Shown: piece after piece, positions 45,973 through 55,834 of the stretch
Layout: every line of letters starts with the position of its first letter
Position numbering within the stretch: the first letter of the stretch is position 1
Virus record (IMG/VR): IMGVR_UViG_3300032291_002123
Location: 38,066 to 102,065 of that record
Direction: 5' to 3' (one strand)
Source of the DNA: a virus
DNA length: 64,000 nt
Notes under the pieces: model-generated
Databases searched by the model: none
What the model was told of the DNA's origin: nothing
What the model saw: the letters and a program-made list of their open reading frames with translations, nothing else
Translations under genes and position numbers: made by a program

Positions 45973-46226
45973 TGAAGAAATTCATTAACGACCTATTAGG
46001 TCAAGCATGGACTCTGCTAGGTATGTTCGTAGCGTGGGTAGTTCTCGAAGGGTCTGCAAAGACCATCGTTGGCTACTGCATTATGGGCACCCTCGCAGTA
46101 TGGGTAGCGACCTATCCGCTAAGAAATCCAGCCGAACCAGAGGATGAACCTGTGGACGGCGACAAAGATGGTTTCGTTTACGACGGAACTCCAAAACAAC
46201 GTAAGGCTAGCAAAAAGGAAAAGTAA
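45972..46226 (+). CDS. Two-TM membrane protein (holin-like candidate)
   Basis: Two TM segments; DGDKDGFVYDGTP; upstream of the endolysin. Confidence 0.6.
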   Translation: MKKFINDLLGQAWTLLGMFVAWVVLEGSAKTIVGYCIMGTLAVWVATYPLRNPAEPEDEPVDGDKDGFVYDGTPKQRKASKKEK

Positions 46227-46367
46227 CCTGAATGCCAAAAACCACCGAGCAACTATGGGCAGAAGCACATTACGAGTTAGGAAAGTTGGAGGCTTTACAG
46301 GGGAGAAAATTCTGGTGGCTCAAGCGAATTAAATTCGTTATGAACTACATAGAGGAGAGAGAAAATA

Positions 46368-46571
46368 ATGAAGACAGTAAAGCAGATAATTAGATACTTC
46401 AGACTTATGAATGAGCCTGATAAGAAAGAACTAGCGGAAATGGCGTATAACTCTGCCAAAGAGTATTATAGAACTAAACCACACACTCGCTTAGAGTTTC
46501 AGACTTATCAGCGTTCTTACATGGGCGCTTATCGCAGACAGTATGCCAACAGGGAAATAGCCAATCTCTAA
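46368..46571 (+). CDS. Hypothetical protein
   Basis: GAGGAG RBS. Confidence 0.55.
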   Translation: MKTVKQIIRYFRLMNEPDKKELAEMAYNSAKEYYRTKPHTRLEFQTYQRSYMGAYRRQYANREIANL

Positions 46572-46612
46572 AAGGTTTAAAATTAAGTGACCCCTACTAT
46601 ATAAGGATTACT

Positions 46613-47479
46613 ATGTCAAAGGCACAATACCCTATCGACGGGAAACTAGGCAAAGACTTCAAGGTCACCAGCCTAATGGGTATGCGTATCCACCCAGTCA
46701 CTAAGCAAAAGAAACATCACAACGGAACTGACATCTGGTCAAAGCACGAACCATGCTGGATTGAAGCACCATATGACGGCACCGTTCTTGACGCTAAGAA
46801 GTCAACCGCACCCGGCGGAGGCTTCGGTAACTTTGTTATCTTGCTGCACAAGATTGACGGAAAGTTCTACACCACTCTTTACGCTCACCTACAAGACGGA
46901 ACTCTAAAGGTTAAGAAGGGTCAGAAAGTAACAGCAGGCTCACCACTCGGAAAGATGGGTACCACTGGTATGTCAACTGGCAAGCACCTCCACTGGGAAC
47001 TACGTCTAGGTAAGTCGCACGTCTGGGATGCAATGGGCAAGAACTACATTGAGCCAATCGCATTCTTCAAGGCTCTAATTGCTAAAGAAGCAGCCATCGC
47101 AACTGCAGGCGTTGTCGCAACTGATGACGACCCAGTAGCAGAAGCACCAGAGCACAACGAAGACCAAGCAGCAAAGGTTGAAGCAGCACGTGTAGCAGCG
47201 AAGGTTGCTCCAGTTGCTAAGCCAGTTGTTGTCACCCCTGTTAAAGCAACAGTTCCCCCAGTTGTGGTTCCTGCAACTAAGCCAGTACTAAAGGGTGAAC
47301 TCAAGAAGGGTTCTAAGGGAGCAACCGTTTCTTACTTACAGAAGGCTCTCGGCTTAACACCTACTGGCGTTTTTGACCAAGCACTGCACGTCGCTGTCAT
47401 CACTCTACAAAAGAAGCACTCTGACATCACATTGGACGACGGAATCGTTGGACAACTAACTTGGAGCAAGATTAAATAA
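46613..47479 (+). CDS. Endolysin: M23 peptidase plus peptidoglycan-binding domain
   Basis: HNGTD (HxxxD), YAHL, GTTGMSTGKHLHWE; C-terminal LKKGSKG..V..LQ..L...DDGIVG..TW. Confidence 0.9.
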   Translation: MSKAQYPIDGKLGKDFKVTSLMGMRIHPVTKQKKHHNGTDIWSKHEPCWIEAPYDGTVLDAKKSTAPGGGFGNFVILLHKIDGKFYTTLYAHLQDGTLKVKKGQKVTAGSPLGKMGTTGMSTGKHLHWELRLGKSHVWDAMGKNYIEPIAFFKALIAKEAAIATAGVVATDDDPVAEAPEHNEDQAAKVEAARVAAKVAPVAKPVVVTPVKATVPPVVVPATKPVLKGELKKGSKGATVSYLQKALGLTPTGVFDQALHVAVITLQKKHSDITLDDGIVGQLTWSKIK

Positions 47480-48987
47480 TGAACCTCATTCCTGAAGAGC
47501 AGGAGTTAGCCAAGGCGCTACTTCGCATTACACAAAAGTATGGCAAGTTCAACGCAGACGATACTGGCGTTTGGGCTGGCTACACTCCTGCCTCAGAGAA
47601 TGAAGTAAAAGATATTGGTGTTGCATGCAAGAACTGCGTCTTCTACACCCACGACAAAGACGGTAAAGACGTCTGTCAAATTATCTCTGCTAAAATCGAA
47701 GAACTTGGCAAGTGTCGTTTTGCTGTAATTCCAGACGGCGTTGTTAAGCCAGAAAAGATATTCTCTAAGTCTCCTAACCTGACCCAAGACAGTCTTAAGG
47801 AAAAGGTCAAAGAGATGGGGGAAAGTTTTACTGAAGAATTAGTGAAGATTTCTAACTTAACTCCAACCCAAGACTACTTAGACCCAGTAAAACTTGAGGA
47901 TGCAGGTAGCAACAATAAGCCAATCATTGTTTACAAGGATGATGAAGGCTTCAAACTCGTTGATGGTCACCACCGTTGCGCTTCTAAAGTTATGTCTGGT
48001 GAAAAGTACATCATGGCAAAACTATTTAAAAGCCATTTCATGCCTAAGCCAATATCAATCAATCCAGAAGACATGGAGTTTTCTAACAAGAGTCCATGCT
48101 GGGATGGCTACAAGCAAGTTGGTATGAAGAAAGGTAAGAACGGGGACATGGTTCCCAACTGTGTACCAGACAACGAAGCGTCTGTGACTGCCACTGCAGG
48201 TTCGAAGCCAGCGCCTAAGAAAGACCAAATCAAAGGCTCAGACAAAAACAAGAAAGGCTCAGCCTCTGATGGCAAGGGCGTAACTTTTACTGCCTCAATC
48301 ACTAAGGCATTAGAGAAGAAAGTCGAAGAGCACAACGCTAAAGCAAAGAATGGTCGCAAGGTCACGCTAGCAAAACTTAAAGCCGTCTACCGCCGTGGAG
48401 CAGGTGCGTTCTCTTCTTCACACCGCCCAGACCAGAATCGCAACTCATGGGCAATGGCTCGTGTAAATGCTTTCCTTAAATTAGTTCGCTCAGGTAAACC
48501 TAACAACCCTAAGTACGTTCAGGACAACGACCTTCTACCAAAGATGCACCCACGTCACTCAGAGGCATCTACTATGTCTCCATTAATGGCGTCGATGGTT
48601 TTCGCTTTAGACGACGCATCTTGCCCACCTGCAACTCAAGACATTGTTCTCAACATCGAGAACAGACAGAACGCTATCGACAACGTTGGATACGGTCCGT
48701 TAAACCCTGACGAACCAAACACAGAGTTCTGGCAAGAGAAGGCTGACCGTTGGGATACTACTCCAGTTGAGGCAAGCAAGAGCATCTGCGGAAACTGTGT
48801 GTTCTTTGTTCGCACTCCAGAAATGCTTGACTGCATTTCTAGCGGAATTGAGCAGGGAGCCTCGGGCGAGAAGAACGCTTGGGATGCTATTGACCAAGCA
48901 GAGTTAGGTTTCTGCGAGGCGTTGGACTTTAAGTGTGCTGCCTCAAGAACTTGTAATGCTTGGGCTGCTGGCGGACCAATCGTTTAA
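47479..48987 (+). CDS. Multidomain head-associated-type protein with a ParB/Srx-like domain and Cys-rich modules
   Basis: CKNCVFY...C...C; LTPTQD...PIIV....LVDGHHR; CWDGYKQVG...VPNCVP; LKAVYRRGAGAF...DLLP..HP; CGNC...C...C...C. Confidence 0.7.
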   Translation: MNLIPEEQELAKALLRITQKYGKFNADDTGVWAGYTPASENEVKDIGVACKNCVFYTHDKDGKDVCQIISAKIEELGKCRFAVIPDGVVKPEKIFSKSPNLTQDSLKEKVKEMGESFTEELVKISNLTPTQDYLDPVKLEDAGSNNKPIIVYKDDEGFKLVDGHHRCASKVMSGEKYIMAKLFKSHFMPKPISINPEDMEFSNKSPCWDGYKQVGMKKGKNGDMVPNCVPDNEASVTATAGSKPAPKKDQIKGSDKNKKGSASDGKGVTFTASITKALEKKVEEHNAKAKNGRKVTLAKLKAVYRRGAGAFSSSHRPDQNRNSWAMARVNAFLKLVRSGKPNNPKYVQDNDLLPKMHPRHSEASTMSPLMASMVFALDDASCPPATQDIVLNIENRQNAIDNVGYGPLNPDEPNTEFWQEKADRWDTTPVEASKSICGNCVFFVRTPEMLDCISSGIEQGASGEKNAWDAIDQAELGFCEALDFKCAASRTCNAWAAGGPIV

Positions 48988-49202
48988 TCGATTTCTTTCA
49001 CTCGATACTGAGCCACGTTCACCATAATCATTCTGTCGTTGTCTTCCCTAACAACAATCTTGACCGGGACTTTAGCCTGCTCTATGTAAGTAACTTCTCC
49101 AGACACCTGCTGCTGATTTGCGGGGAAGTAAGGCGAGTGAAGCACGACTCGCTTACCAATCAACTCTAGATTGATGTCTTCGCTATCAAAAGCATTTCCC
49201 AT
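48984..49202 (-). CDS. Hypothetical protein
   Basis: Convergent small ORF with an AAAGG RBS. Confidence 0.55.
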   Translation of the reverse strand: MGNAFDSEDINLELIGKRVVLHSPYFPANQQQVSGEVTYIEQAKVPVKIVVREDNDRMIMVNVAQYRVKEID

Positions 49203-49409
49203 ACCTTTATTATAAATTACTTCTAATTAGGCGAGAAAAGGAAAACCCCCAGCGCTAGAAAGGAGTTAAGAACGCTGGGGGCTTCCCGTGAAAGGAGATG
49301 ATACTACAACATGCAAAACACATTTTGAGGATACGTGTATTACCTAGATATGTTAACACGACGTTTTCGAGATTTGCAAGCAGACTTACAAAAATCTTTT
49401 TATTATAAC

Positions 49410-50420
49410 TTAAGGCTTCTTAAATACCAGAACAGGCTCATACTTGTAGCCACCCTTAATCATCGAGGACAGCAATAACTTCAATTCTTCCTCTAACTCA
49501 AAGCCTTCTTCTTGAGCAATCCTGATGGTGTCTGCCACCAGCGTCTTGTGCGTCTTAACGTCTGCAACATTAAGCACCATGTATTTCCCAGACTTCAGCA
49601 CCCTCATGCAGTTCCTGATTGTCTCCCGAAGAAACCCCTCGTTCCACAACTCAACCGAGTCAAACTTTTTGTAACTCTGTGCTTCATCATCTGAATACTT
49701 TTCCGTATCAAAGTATGGTGGCGAGGTGAAACAGAAGTCTACTGACTCGTCTTCCATAGGGACGTCCACCTCACTGCCCTGCTTAAACAGGTCAATGAAA
49801 GTCCTCCCCCTCAACCCAAAGTCTTTTTGGATTCCAATCAAACCTTGCATGGTTTCTGTTGCAGGGTCTGTTCCAATGTAGCGAACTACGTTTGGCGAAA
49901 CCATCGCACCAAGCAATCGTCCACCATACCCACAACTCATATCCCACACCGTTGCGTTCTCACCAGCGTATTTGACATAGATGGCAGCAGCAGCCGTAGG
50001 TCTAAAGTTAGAAACGCTTTGCACTCCAGAGTAAGTTCTCAATCCCTTACGCATACCAGAATCAGAGAAGTAGTCTCCACGCACCATACGTCGACGAATC
50101 GCTTTCATAAGCAACTCGTCATTCTCGAACACCTCCATAGGTGTCTTCATGTTGCCGACTTTTACGCTCCAAGAGTGATGCATGTAACTCCACGCTAGCG
50201 CCAACCCATGCATTGTTTGCTTTACTTTGCCATCTTCAATCAAGGTGTCCAAGTTCTTGTCTACATAGTTCTGTAGTTTCTCGAACTCAGCCTCACGCTC
50301 TTCAGCGGTTAGGTTGTAGTAAGGGAATCCGTTCTTACGGGCGTCTGCGAAAATCTTTTCCGCAAACTCCTGCTGACCCTGTTCATCTAAATCTTTCCAT
50401 TCTGATTTAGAAATCGTCAT
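49410..50420 (-). CDS. Amino (N4C/N6A) DNA methyltransferase
   Basis: Motif I WDMSCGYGGRL; motif IV FTSPPYF. Confidence 0.85.
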   Translation of the reverse strand: MTISKSEWKDLDEQGQQEFAEKIFADARKNGFPYYNLTAEEREAEFEKLQNYVDKNLDTLIEDGKVKQTMHGLALAWSYMHHSWSVKVGNMKTPMEVFENDELLMKAIRRRMVRGDYFSDSGMRKGLRTYSGVQSVSNFRPTAAAAIYVKYAGENATVWDMSCGYGGRLLGAMVSPNVVRYIGTDPATETMQGLIGIQKDFGLRGRTFIDLFKQGSEVDVPMEDESVDFCFTSPPYFDTEKYSDDEAQSYKKFDSVELWNEGFLRETIRNCMRVLKSGKYMVLNVADVKTHKTLVADTIRIAQEEGFELEEELKLLLSSMIKGGYKYEPVLVFKKP

Positions 50421-50724
50421 ACAAGGTTTCCTCTACTTCTTTTACAGTTCGTGCGTGTCCAGTTAGCGCTTCAAGTTCTGTTGAATAGCGTTTTTGGTCG
50501 CCATTCATGTTGCCACCAAACACCAAGGTCTCAAAGATGATTGGCATTCCAGTTCCCATACCATGGTCTGCGCCTAACCAAACAGTAGAAATAAGAACGT
50601 CTTCGCCATCGCCTTTGGGGTTTTTAAATGTGGTTCGCTCTACGATTTTGTATTGAGGGTCTTCAAACGTTTCCATAAACTCTTCTAGAGTTATTGGTGC
50701 ACCGTCTCTGTTGTAGTAATTCAT
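50407..50724 (-). CDS. Hypothetical phage protein
   Basis: ISTVWLG.DH....P.IFETLVFGG....RYST..EA..GH. Confidence 0.7.
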   Translation of the reverse strand: MNYYNRDGAPITLEEFMETFEDPQYKIVERTTFKNPKGDGEDVLISTVWLGADHGMGTGMPIIFETLVFGGNMNGDQKRYSTELEALTGHARTVKEVEETLYDDF

Positions 50725-50742
50725 TTTGTCTTTTCCTAAATA

Positions 50743-51087
50743 CTAATCTTCTACTAGATAAGCGACCAACGCTGGGTTATCTCTTAGCAACATTAGCAGA
50801 GGCTCTTCCCAAATACCAATGAAGTAATGCTCCCAAGTGTCGAAATCATCTTTCTTGCTTGGCTTGACAGAAGTATCGAAAACGAAACCCATAGCGTGCA
50901 TCAGTTCATGCAATAGCGTAAGACGCTTTTTACTAACAGGTAATTGCTTATCAACCACAATTAGGTTCTGCAACTCCAAGGTGTAACCAAGGGTATTGTC
51001 ATTTAGCATGCCATCCTCGTCTCGACTACGCATGGTAATCGTAAAGACCTGAGCACCGATTTTGACGGTGGATGGCATCATGTTCAT
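50743..51087 (-). CDS. Small HExxH metallopeptidase-like protein
   Basis: TLLHELMHAM...EE...LLRDNP. Confidence 0.7.
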   Translation of the reverse strand: MNMMPSTVKIGAQVFTITMRSRDEDGMLNDNTLGYTLELQNLIVVDKQLPVSKKRLTLLHELMHAMGFVFDTSVKPSKKDDFDTWEHYFIGIWEEPLLMLLRDNPALVAYLVED

Positions 51088-51968
51088 AGCAGTTTCTTAA
51101 CCTCGGCGTGTAGATACTCTATTGTATCAGAGTTGCCAATAATGGCATCGAAGTCATATCCGTCTAAAGCATGCTCAGACTCGTGGTCATTGGCTGCCCC
51201 AAACCCATCTCTGCCTACTCTCCAGACTTCTCCGCCCAGTTCTTTTATAGCATCTGCTTCGTTTGGATAACGGACGTCGGCGAAAACGACTTTACCCCCG
51301 TCTGGAATTCGTGCCAAAGCATAGTCAACCCAAAAGTCAGGGGAAAACATTTCCCTCCCCACCTCTGTGCCAAAGCGTTGCAGTAGTGGTCGAACTTCGG
51401 TGCTGGCAGTTTTTAAGTACTCCCAGCCAAAACTGTTAACAGCATGCTTCAGGCTGGAGCGAGTCTCAAAAATGTCAATCACAGGGTCTAGGTTTACCAA
51501 AGCATCTCGTATCGGCTGAGCGAAAGACATCTTTGTAAAGCCACAGTTTTCTACTAGCCAATCAGCAACAGTGTCTTTTCCTGCTCTAGCCCATCCGCTT
51601 AAGCCAAGAACCTTTACACGAGGTCTCAGTTCTCCATCCTTAAGGACGTAGATTGGAACACCAATCGCATTAGCGACGTGCACCTCAAGCGATGCGCCTT
51701 TTGAATCCTGCCAACCAGGTAGAACACAAATGGCGTCACACTCAAGAACGTGTGGCAAATCCCTACGCATATACCAAGCCCAAGTGTTGTTAGGTCTCTC
51801 TGGCAATCCAGCAGACTCGAGAGCCAACTCTAACGTTGTGCCATCACTATGTGCAGGGTTGATTACTTCATAACCCAATTTAAGTAGTTGCCGTTCGGCT
51901 TCAAAGAAAGCAGGGAAATTCCACTGGTCGTATCCCGTCATCGGTCCTGCCACGTAAATCTTCGTCAT
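51084..51968 (-). CDS. DUF4406 (NDT-like) domain fused to deoxynucleoside monophosphate kinase
   Basis: IYVAGPMTG...NFPAF...INPA...CDAI..LPGW..SKGA.LE; then GLSGWARAGKDT, SFA.PIR, R.LLQ.FGTE.GR, DVRYPNE, H.SE. Confidence 0.85.
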   Translation of the reverse strand: MTKIYVAGPMTGYDQWNFPAFFEAERQLLKLGYEVINPAHSDGTTLELALESAGLPERPNNTWAWYMRRDLPHVLECDAICVLPGWQDSKGASLEVHVANAIGVPIYVLKDGELRPRVKVLGLSGWARAGKDTVADWLVENCGFTKMSFAQPIRDALVNLDPVIDIFETRSSLKHAVNSFGWEYLKTASTEVRPLLQRFGTEVGREMFSPDFWVDYALARIPDGGKVVFADVRYPNEADAIKELGGEVWRVGRDGFGAANDHESEHALDGYDFDAIIGNSDTIEYLHAEVKKLL

Positions 51969-53446
51969 TTATCTTCTCTCAACTTGATTGCTTTAATAAT
52001 CTTGTCCTTAACCACCTTGGTGATTCCCGTTCCTTCTAGATTCTTAATGACGTCGACGATAGCGTCTCGCTCATACTTAACACCGTCTTTAACCCACATC
52101 GAGTGGCACTCGACGAACATGTTCTTTACTTCTGTATTAAGCGGCGTCTGGTTCTGAGCCATCTTCTTCTCCCTTGGTAAGAGCATGAATTTCAATCTGC
52201 TGTTGCTCAATCAATCTTTGAAACGCAACCATTTCAGGAGTTAGTTTCAATCCCATACGCTCATAGGCTGATAGCCATAGCATCGTGCGAAATCGTTCCA
52301 TTAGCCAAGTTTGATATGCTGCATATGTTGCGTTGCTCACTTGTTCTCTCCCTTGATTTTGGCAATAATCTCGCCAATTCGCACTTCGTAATCCCACTGT
52401 GACTTGCAGTCACGAGTTTCTTCTAGCAAAGCCAAAATGCGCTCACGCTCACGCAACATACCCTCGTTCATTATGGAAAGCATTAGTAACTGCTTAGCCT
52501 CAGAGAGTGCGCTGGTGTTAATTTCAATGGTTGTGTATTCTTCTTCTTCTTCTTTACTCATTTTTGCCTTCTTCTTTTTCCTTTATCAAAACCCATTTGT
52601 AGCCTAACGGAACGTAAGTCTTATTCACTAATTCCATCCAGCGAAGCAGGTAGTCCATCCCAAAGCGGTATCTGCGTTTAGCCATCTTTACTTACGGTCT
52701 TCGTCTTCCCTGCTCCAAATCATTATCAAGTAGATAAAAGTAGCCAGATAGATGAACGCTACTGCGTAGGACAGGATGTACACTGGACTCATTTATTTTC
52801 CTTTATTAGAGAGATTAGGTATTCACGCCATCCACCCTTAGTGCCTTCAATCGGCTCTAGGGAGTCTTTTAATTCTTCCTTAAGTATTGCAATGATGCGC
52901 TCACGCTCAGCCTCAACGCCCTTGTCGTATTCACGCTCTCTGGTGCGTTGCATTCTTTCAGCCCAATCAGGCTTGTTCACTTGTTCTCTCCGTCTTTAAT
53001 AAAGTCCACTAAGTTCTCAGACTTAAAGTGGTCACGATAGATTCCGAAGCCCATGTCCGTGCGATTACTGCTAATCCACTCAAGAGTTCTCTCTCGCTCA
53101 ATCTTTCTGCCTACTGCAATGGCTTTATAGATTAGTTCGATAACCTTGTCTTCATCTATCATTACTTGCCTCCCTGAATCTTCCTCAATGCTGTCTCTAA
53201 GTCTCCACTAGATGCCTCAATAATGTCAACGACACGCTGTCTTTCGTCCAGCACTCCTAGTTCATACCCGAACGTCGACGAAGTCTCAATTGCCTCAGCA
53301 GCGGCGTCAGTTAACGCTTGTCTAGCACTCATGGCTAAACGCACCGCTATCTGCAACTTATCTGCCACCACGTCATCTCTTTCGTCGAAAGCAACCTTAC
53401 TGACGTCGACGTTTTCTAACTCGTAGTCAAAGTCTGGAATACTCAT
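51965..53446 (-). other. Run of small coupled ORFs, five sharing a G...ER(E/Q/D)(R/A) helix (51965-52210, 52337-52561, 52789-52980, 52977-53162, 53162-53446), plus 52137-52397
   Basis: GVKYERDAI, GMLRERERIL, GVEAERERII, GRKIERERTL, GVLDERQRVV; mostly ending in (G)ENK/GGK. Confidence 0.7.
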
Positions 53447-53739
53447 TACTTCTCCACCACGGCAATCAAATCAATCGTCTCCATAACGATGTATGACTTT
53501 CCGTCATACGAAACCTTAGTTCCGCCATACATAGAGTAGATAACCTTGTCTCCCACCTTGACGTCGAAAGGAATAGGTTCACCCTTAGAGTTGATGCCAC
53601 CAGTTCCTAACCCGACGACAATCGCTTCCTGCGGAACCTGCTGCGCTGTGTCGGGGATAATCAACCCAGACGAAGTTGTCTGCTCTGCTGCGATAGGTTC
53701 GATTAATACTTTGTTGCCTAGTGGCTTGATGATTGTCAT
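53446..53739 (-). CDS. groES: Co-chaperonin GroES
   Basis: IKPLGNKVLI...TTSSGLIIPDTA..PQEA.VVG.G.G...DVKVGDKVIYS.YGGT. Confidence 0.93.
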   Translation of the reverse strand: MTIIKPLGNKVLIEPIAAEQTTSSGLIIPDTAQQVPQEAIVVGLGTGGINSKGEPIPFDVKVGDKVIYSMYGGTKVSYDGKSYIVMETIDLIAVVEK

Positions 53740-54434
53740 GGGGCTACTCTTCCGTTTTTATTAAATGTTGCGTATGTGATTGGCATCTTCTCTGCGAACA
53801 GTTCTTCCATCTGTTCTGCTACCATCTCGATTTCACGCTGAGGGTAACTAGGGAATTTGGCATCGTCACGCTTGGTGCGTAGCGAAAGGAAATTCATAAG
53901 CGCACGAGCGTTCATGGTTACGAACATCGAAGAATAGATGTTTACTGGCAGAACCGCACGAGCAACCTCACGAGCAACTCCCTCAGAGAGCATGTCTTGG
54001 TAGTAGTTGTAAGACTGCATGCTACTTTCCTTGATGCAAGCAAAAGTAGTTTTGTATTGCTCGTCGCTACCAGCAACAAACTCGTAAGCACCAGTCTTAC
54101 CGATTTGGATTAGTTTGCGCTCTGGGTCTGGTAAATAGAACGTTGGCTCTAGTTCCTTGTAGCGACCCGACTCTTCGTTGTAAGAAGCGATGCGGTGTCG
54201 CATAAACTCACGGAACACGAAGATTGGCGCTTCTACATAAAAGGTAAAGCCGTTGTGCTCAAACGGGGTGCCGTGTCTATCCCTCATTAGATAGTTAATT
54301 AATCCTGCGTCTTTTTCGGGCGTCGACGAACTTCCGCCAGTAGATACTCGTGCTGACATAACTACCGACTCGTCACCGCCCATCGACTGGACTAATTTGA
54401 CGGTCATGTCTGAGCGGAAAGAGATAGGCATCAT
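53736..54434 (-). CDS. thyX: FAD-dependent thymidylate synthase
   Basis: HGTPFEH, REFMRHRIASYNEESGRY, AREVARAVLP, NARALMNFLSLR. Confidence 0.95.
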   Translation of the reverse strand: MMPISFRSDMTVKLVQSMGGDESVVMSARVSTGGSSSTPEKDAGLINYLMRDRHGTPFEHNGFTFYVEAPIFVFREFMRHRIASYNEESGRYKELEPTFYLPDPERKLIQIGKTGAYEFVAGSDEQYKTTFACIKESSMQSYNYYQDMLSEGVAREVARAVLPVNIYSSMFVTMNARALMNFLSLRTKRDDAKFPSYPQREIEMVAEQMEELFAEKMPITYATFNKNGRVAP

Positions 54435-54480
54435 GGGATTATTCTACCAACTTTGTCGCCTAAGTCGAACTCAAAATTAA

Positions 54481-55113
54481 CTACTTAGTGAAATTCACAG
54501 CGTTAGATAAGTCCCCACGTTTACCAAAAAAGAACACTAAAGCACTTCTTACTCCACCAGTAACTACTTCAACTTCGTGCGGATGCTTGTGGTCTCCTTT
54601 GAAGAAAACTAACTGCCCCTTCACTGGTTCATGGGATATTTCTTGTTTTGGAAAGACTATCTTTCCACCAGTAAATTCTTCGTCATAAGAACTTAGATAT
54701 ACCAAGGCTGACCATTGAAGTTCTTCAGGAGTGCCGTCTTCGTTTAGCGGAGAGCCGTCTAACTTACTGCTGTCAGAGTGCAGACTGTTTTTAGCACCTT
54801 CCAGCATTTGATTATATACATACTGAACGGTATCCATCTCGGCAGAAAAAGAACTCTCTAACGTTTCTTTCACACGTATCAGTAGTTCACCTAAGTCTTT
54901 TACGGTTTGTTCGTGCTCTGTGCCTTCATACCCTTCTAAAACGGGGATAGAGTACCCAACCTTAGAAGCGACTATTGAAGTCGGGTAGCCCATAGCAATT
55001 CGAAACTTAGGTTTGTTAGGTAGAGGCTGGACGATACTTGCTAGGAAAGTATTAAATCTTTCAGCATCTTCTTTGGGTATGAAGTTATCAATTATTATCG
55101 GATACTCGGTCAT
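54481..55113 (-). CDS. 2OG-Fe(II) oxygenase (prolyl-hydroxylase-like)
   Basis: HSD...SALVYL....FTGG.I.F...G.LVFF....HEVEVVTGGVR. Confidence 0.88.
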   Translation of the reverse strand: MTEYPIIIDNFIPKEDAERFNTFLASIVQPLPNKPKFRIAMGYPTSIVASKVGYSIPVLEGYEGTEHEQTVKDLGELLIRVKETLESSFSAEMDTVQYVYNQMLEGAKNSLHSDSSKLDGSPLNEDGTPEELQWSALVYLSSYDEEFTGGKIVFPKQEISHEPVKGQLVFFKGDHKHPHEVEVVTGGVRSALVFFFGKRGDLSNAVNFTK

Positions 55114-55307
55114 GTGTTTTCTATGTCCTCTAGGTCAGACTCGAACTGACACTGTGCAGATTTTAAGTCTGCTGCCTCTGCCATTGGGCTACTAGAGGTT
55201 TCTCTTTCTCTCTTTGCTTGATAGAACTTACGCTTTTCTTCAGTAATTCTTCTCTGCTTTATCGTAGCGACAGCCTTACGGACGTCGGCGTCAGTGAAGT
55301 CACTCAT
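55110..55307 (-). CDS. Hypothetical ORF reading through tRNA-Leu
   Basis: Basic N-terminal half; the stop forms an ATGA overlap with the oxygenase start. Confidence 0.4.
   Translation of the reverse strand: MSDFTDADVRKAVATIKQRRITEEKRKFYQAKRERETSSSPMAEAADLKSAQCQFESDLEDIENT
55126..55198 (-). tRNA. tRNA-Leu(TAA), short variable arm, CCA not encoded
   Basis: CCTCTAG/CTAGAGG acceptor stem, TAGCCCAATGGCAGAGGC D-arm, GCAGA-CTTAAAA-TCTGC anticodon arm, GTTCGAGT T-loop. Confidence 0.88.
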
Positions 55308-55407
55308 TTAATCGAGCGGTCTTTCTTACGTCTGTCTTTGTAGCACTGAGGGCAGATGCTCCCAGTGAACCTAATCCTATGCGTTCTGCACGGATAACCT
55401 ACATTAC

Positions 55408-55821
55408 TCATAACCCAATCTTCCTTAGAACGTCTACTACTGGAACCAGTCTACCGATACTGGCGTTTGTATTTAGGGTTGCGATTGGCTGATGCACTAC
55501 ACGATAGTCATTTTCCCTAAGCAGTTCTTTTAGGGATTCAGTCTTTATCATTACAAAGCCGTTTTTGTTCGGTCCAGCAAAGCACCAATACTCAGCCTGT
55601 GTGACATTGATGCCAGATGGCTTCTTATCTATTGCGTTAGGTTGCTTGTATTGCCAAGTTTCAATATAGAAGTTCCCCGTCTCCCAAGCACGATAATCAG
55701 TTTTGACCTCAAACTTGTTCCCAGCCAAGTCAGCCAGAAAGGTATTTAGTAAGTCTTCGCCTACCTTGCCACGCTCTAAGTCAGTATCGAAGTGCGGTTG
55801 GTATCCAACCACCATTGTCAT
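55408..55821 (-). CDS. Hypothetical protein, PD-(D/E)xK-like
   Basis: FDTDL..G..GE...FEVKTD....TGN.YIE...PSGI..T.A.YW. Confidence 0.65.
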   Translation of the reverse strand: MTMVVGYQPHFDTDLERGKVGEDLLNTFLADLAGNKFEVKTDYRAWETGNFYIETWQYKQPNAIDKKPSGINVTQAEYWCFAGPNKNGFVMIKTESLKELLRENDYRVVHQPIATLNTNASIGRLVPVVDVLRKIGL

Positions 55822-55834
55822 TACCTTTCTGTCG

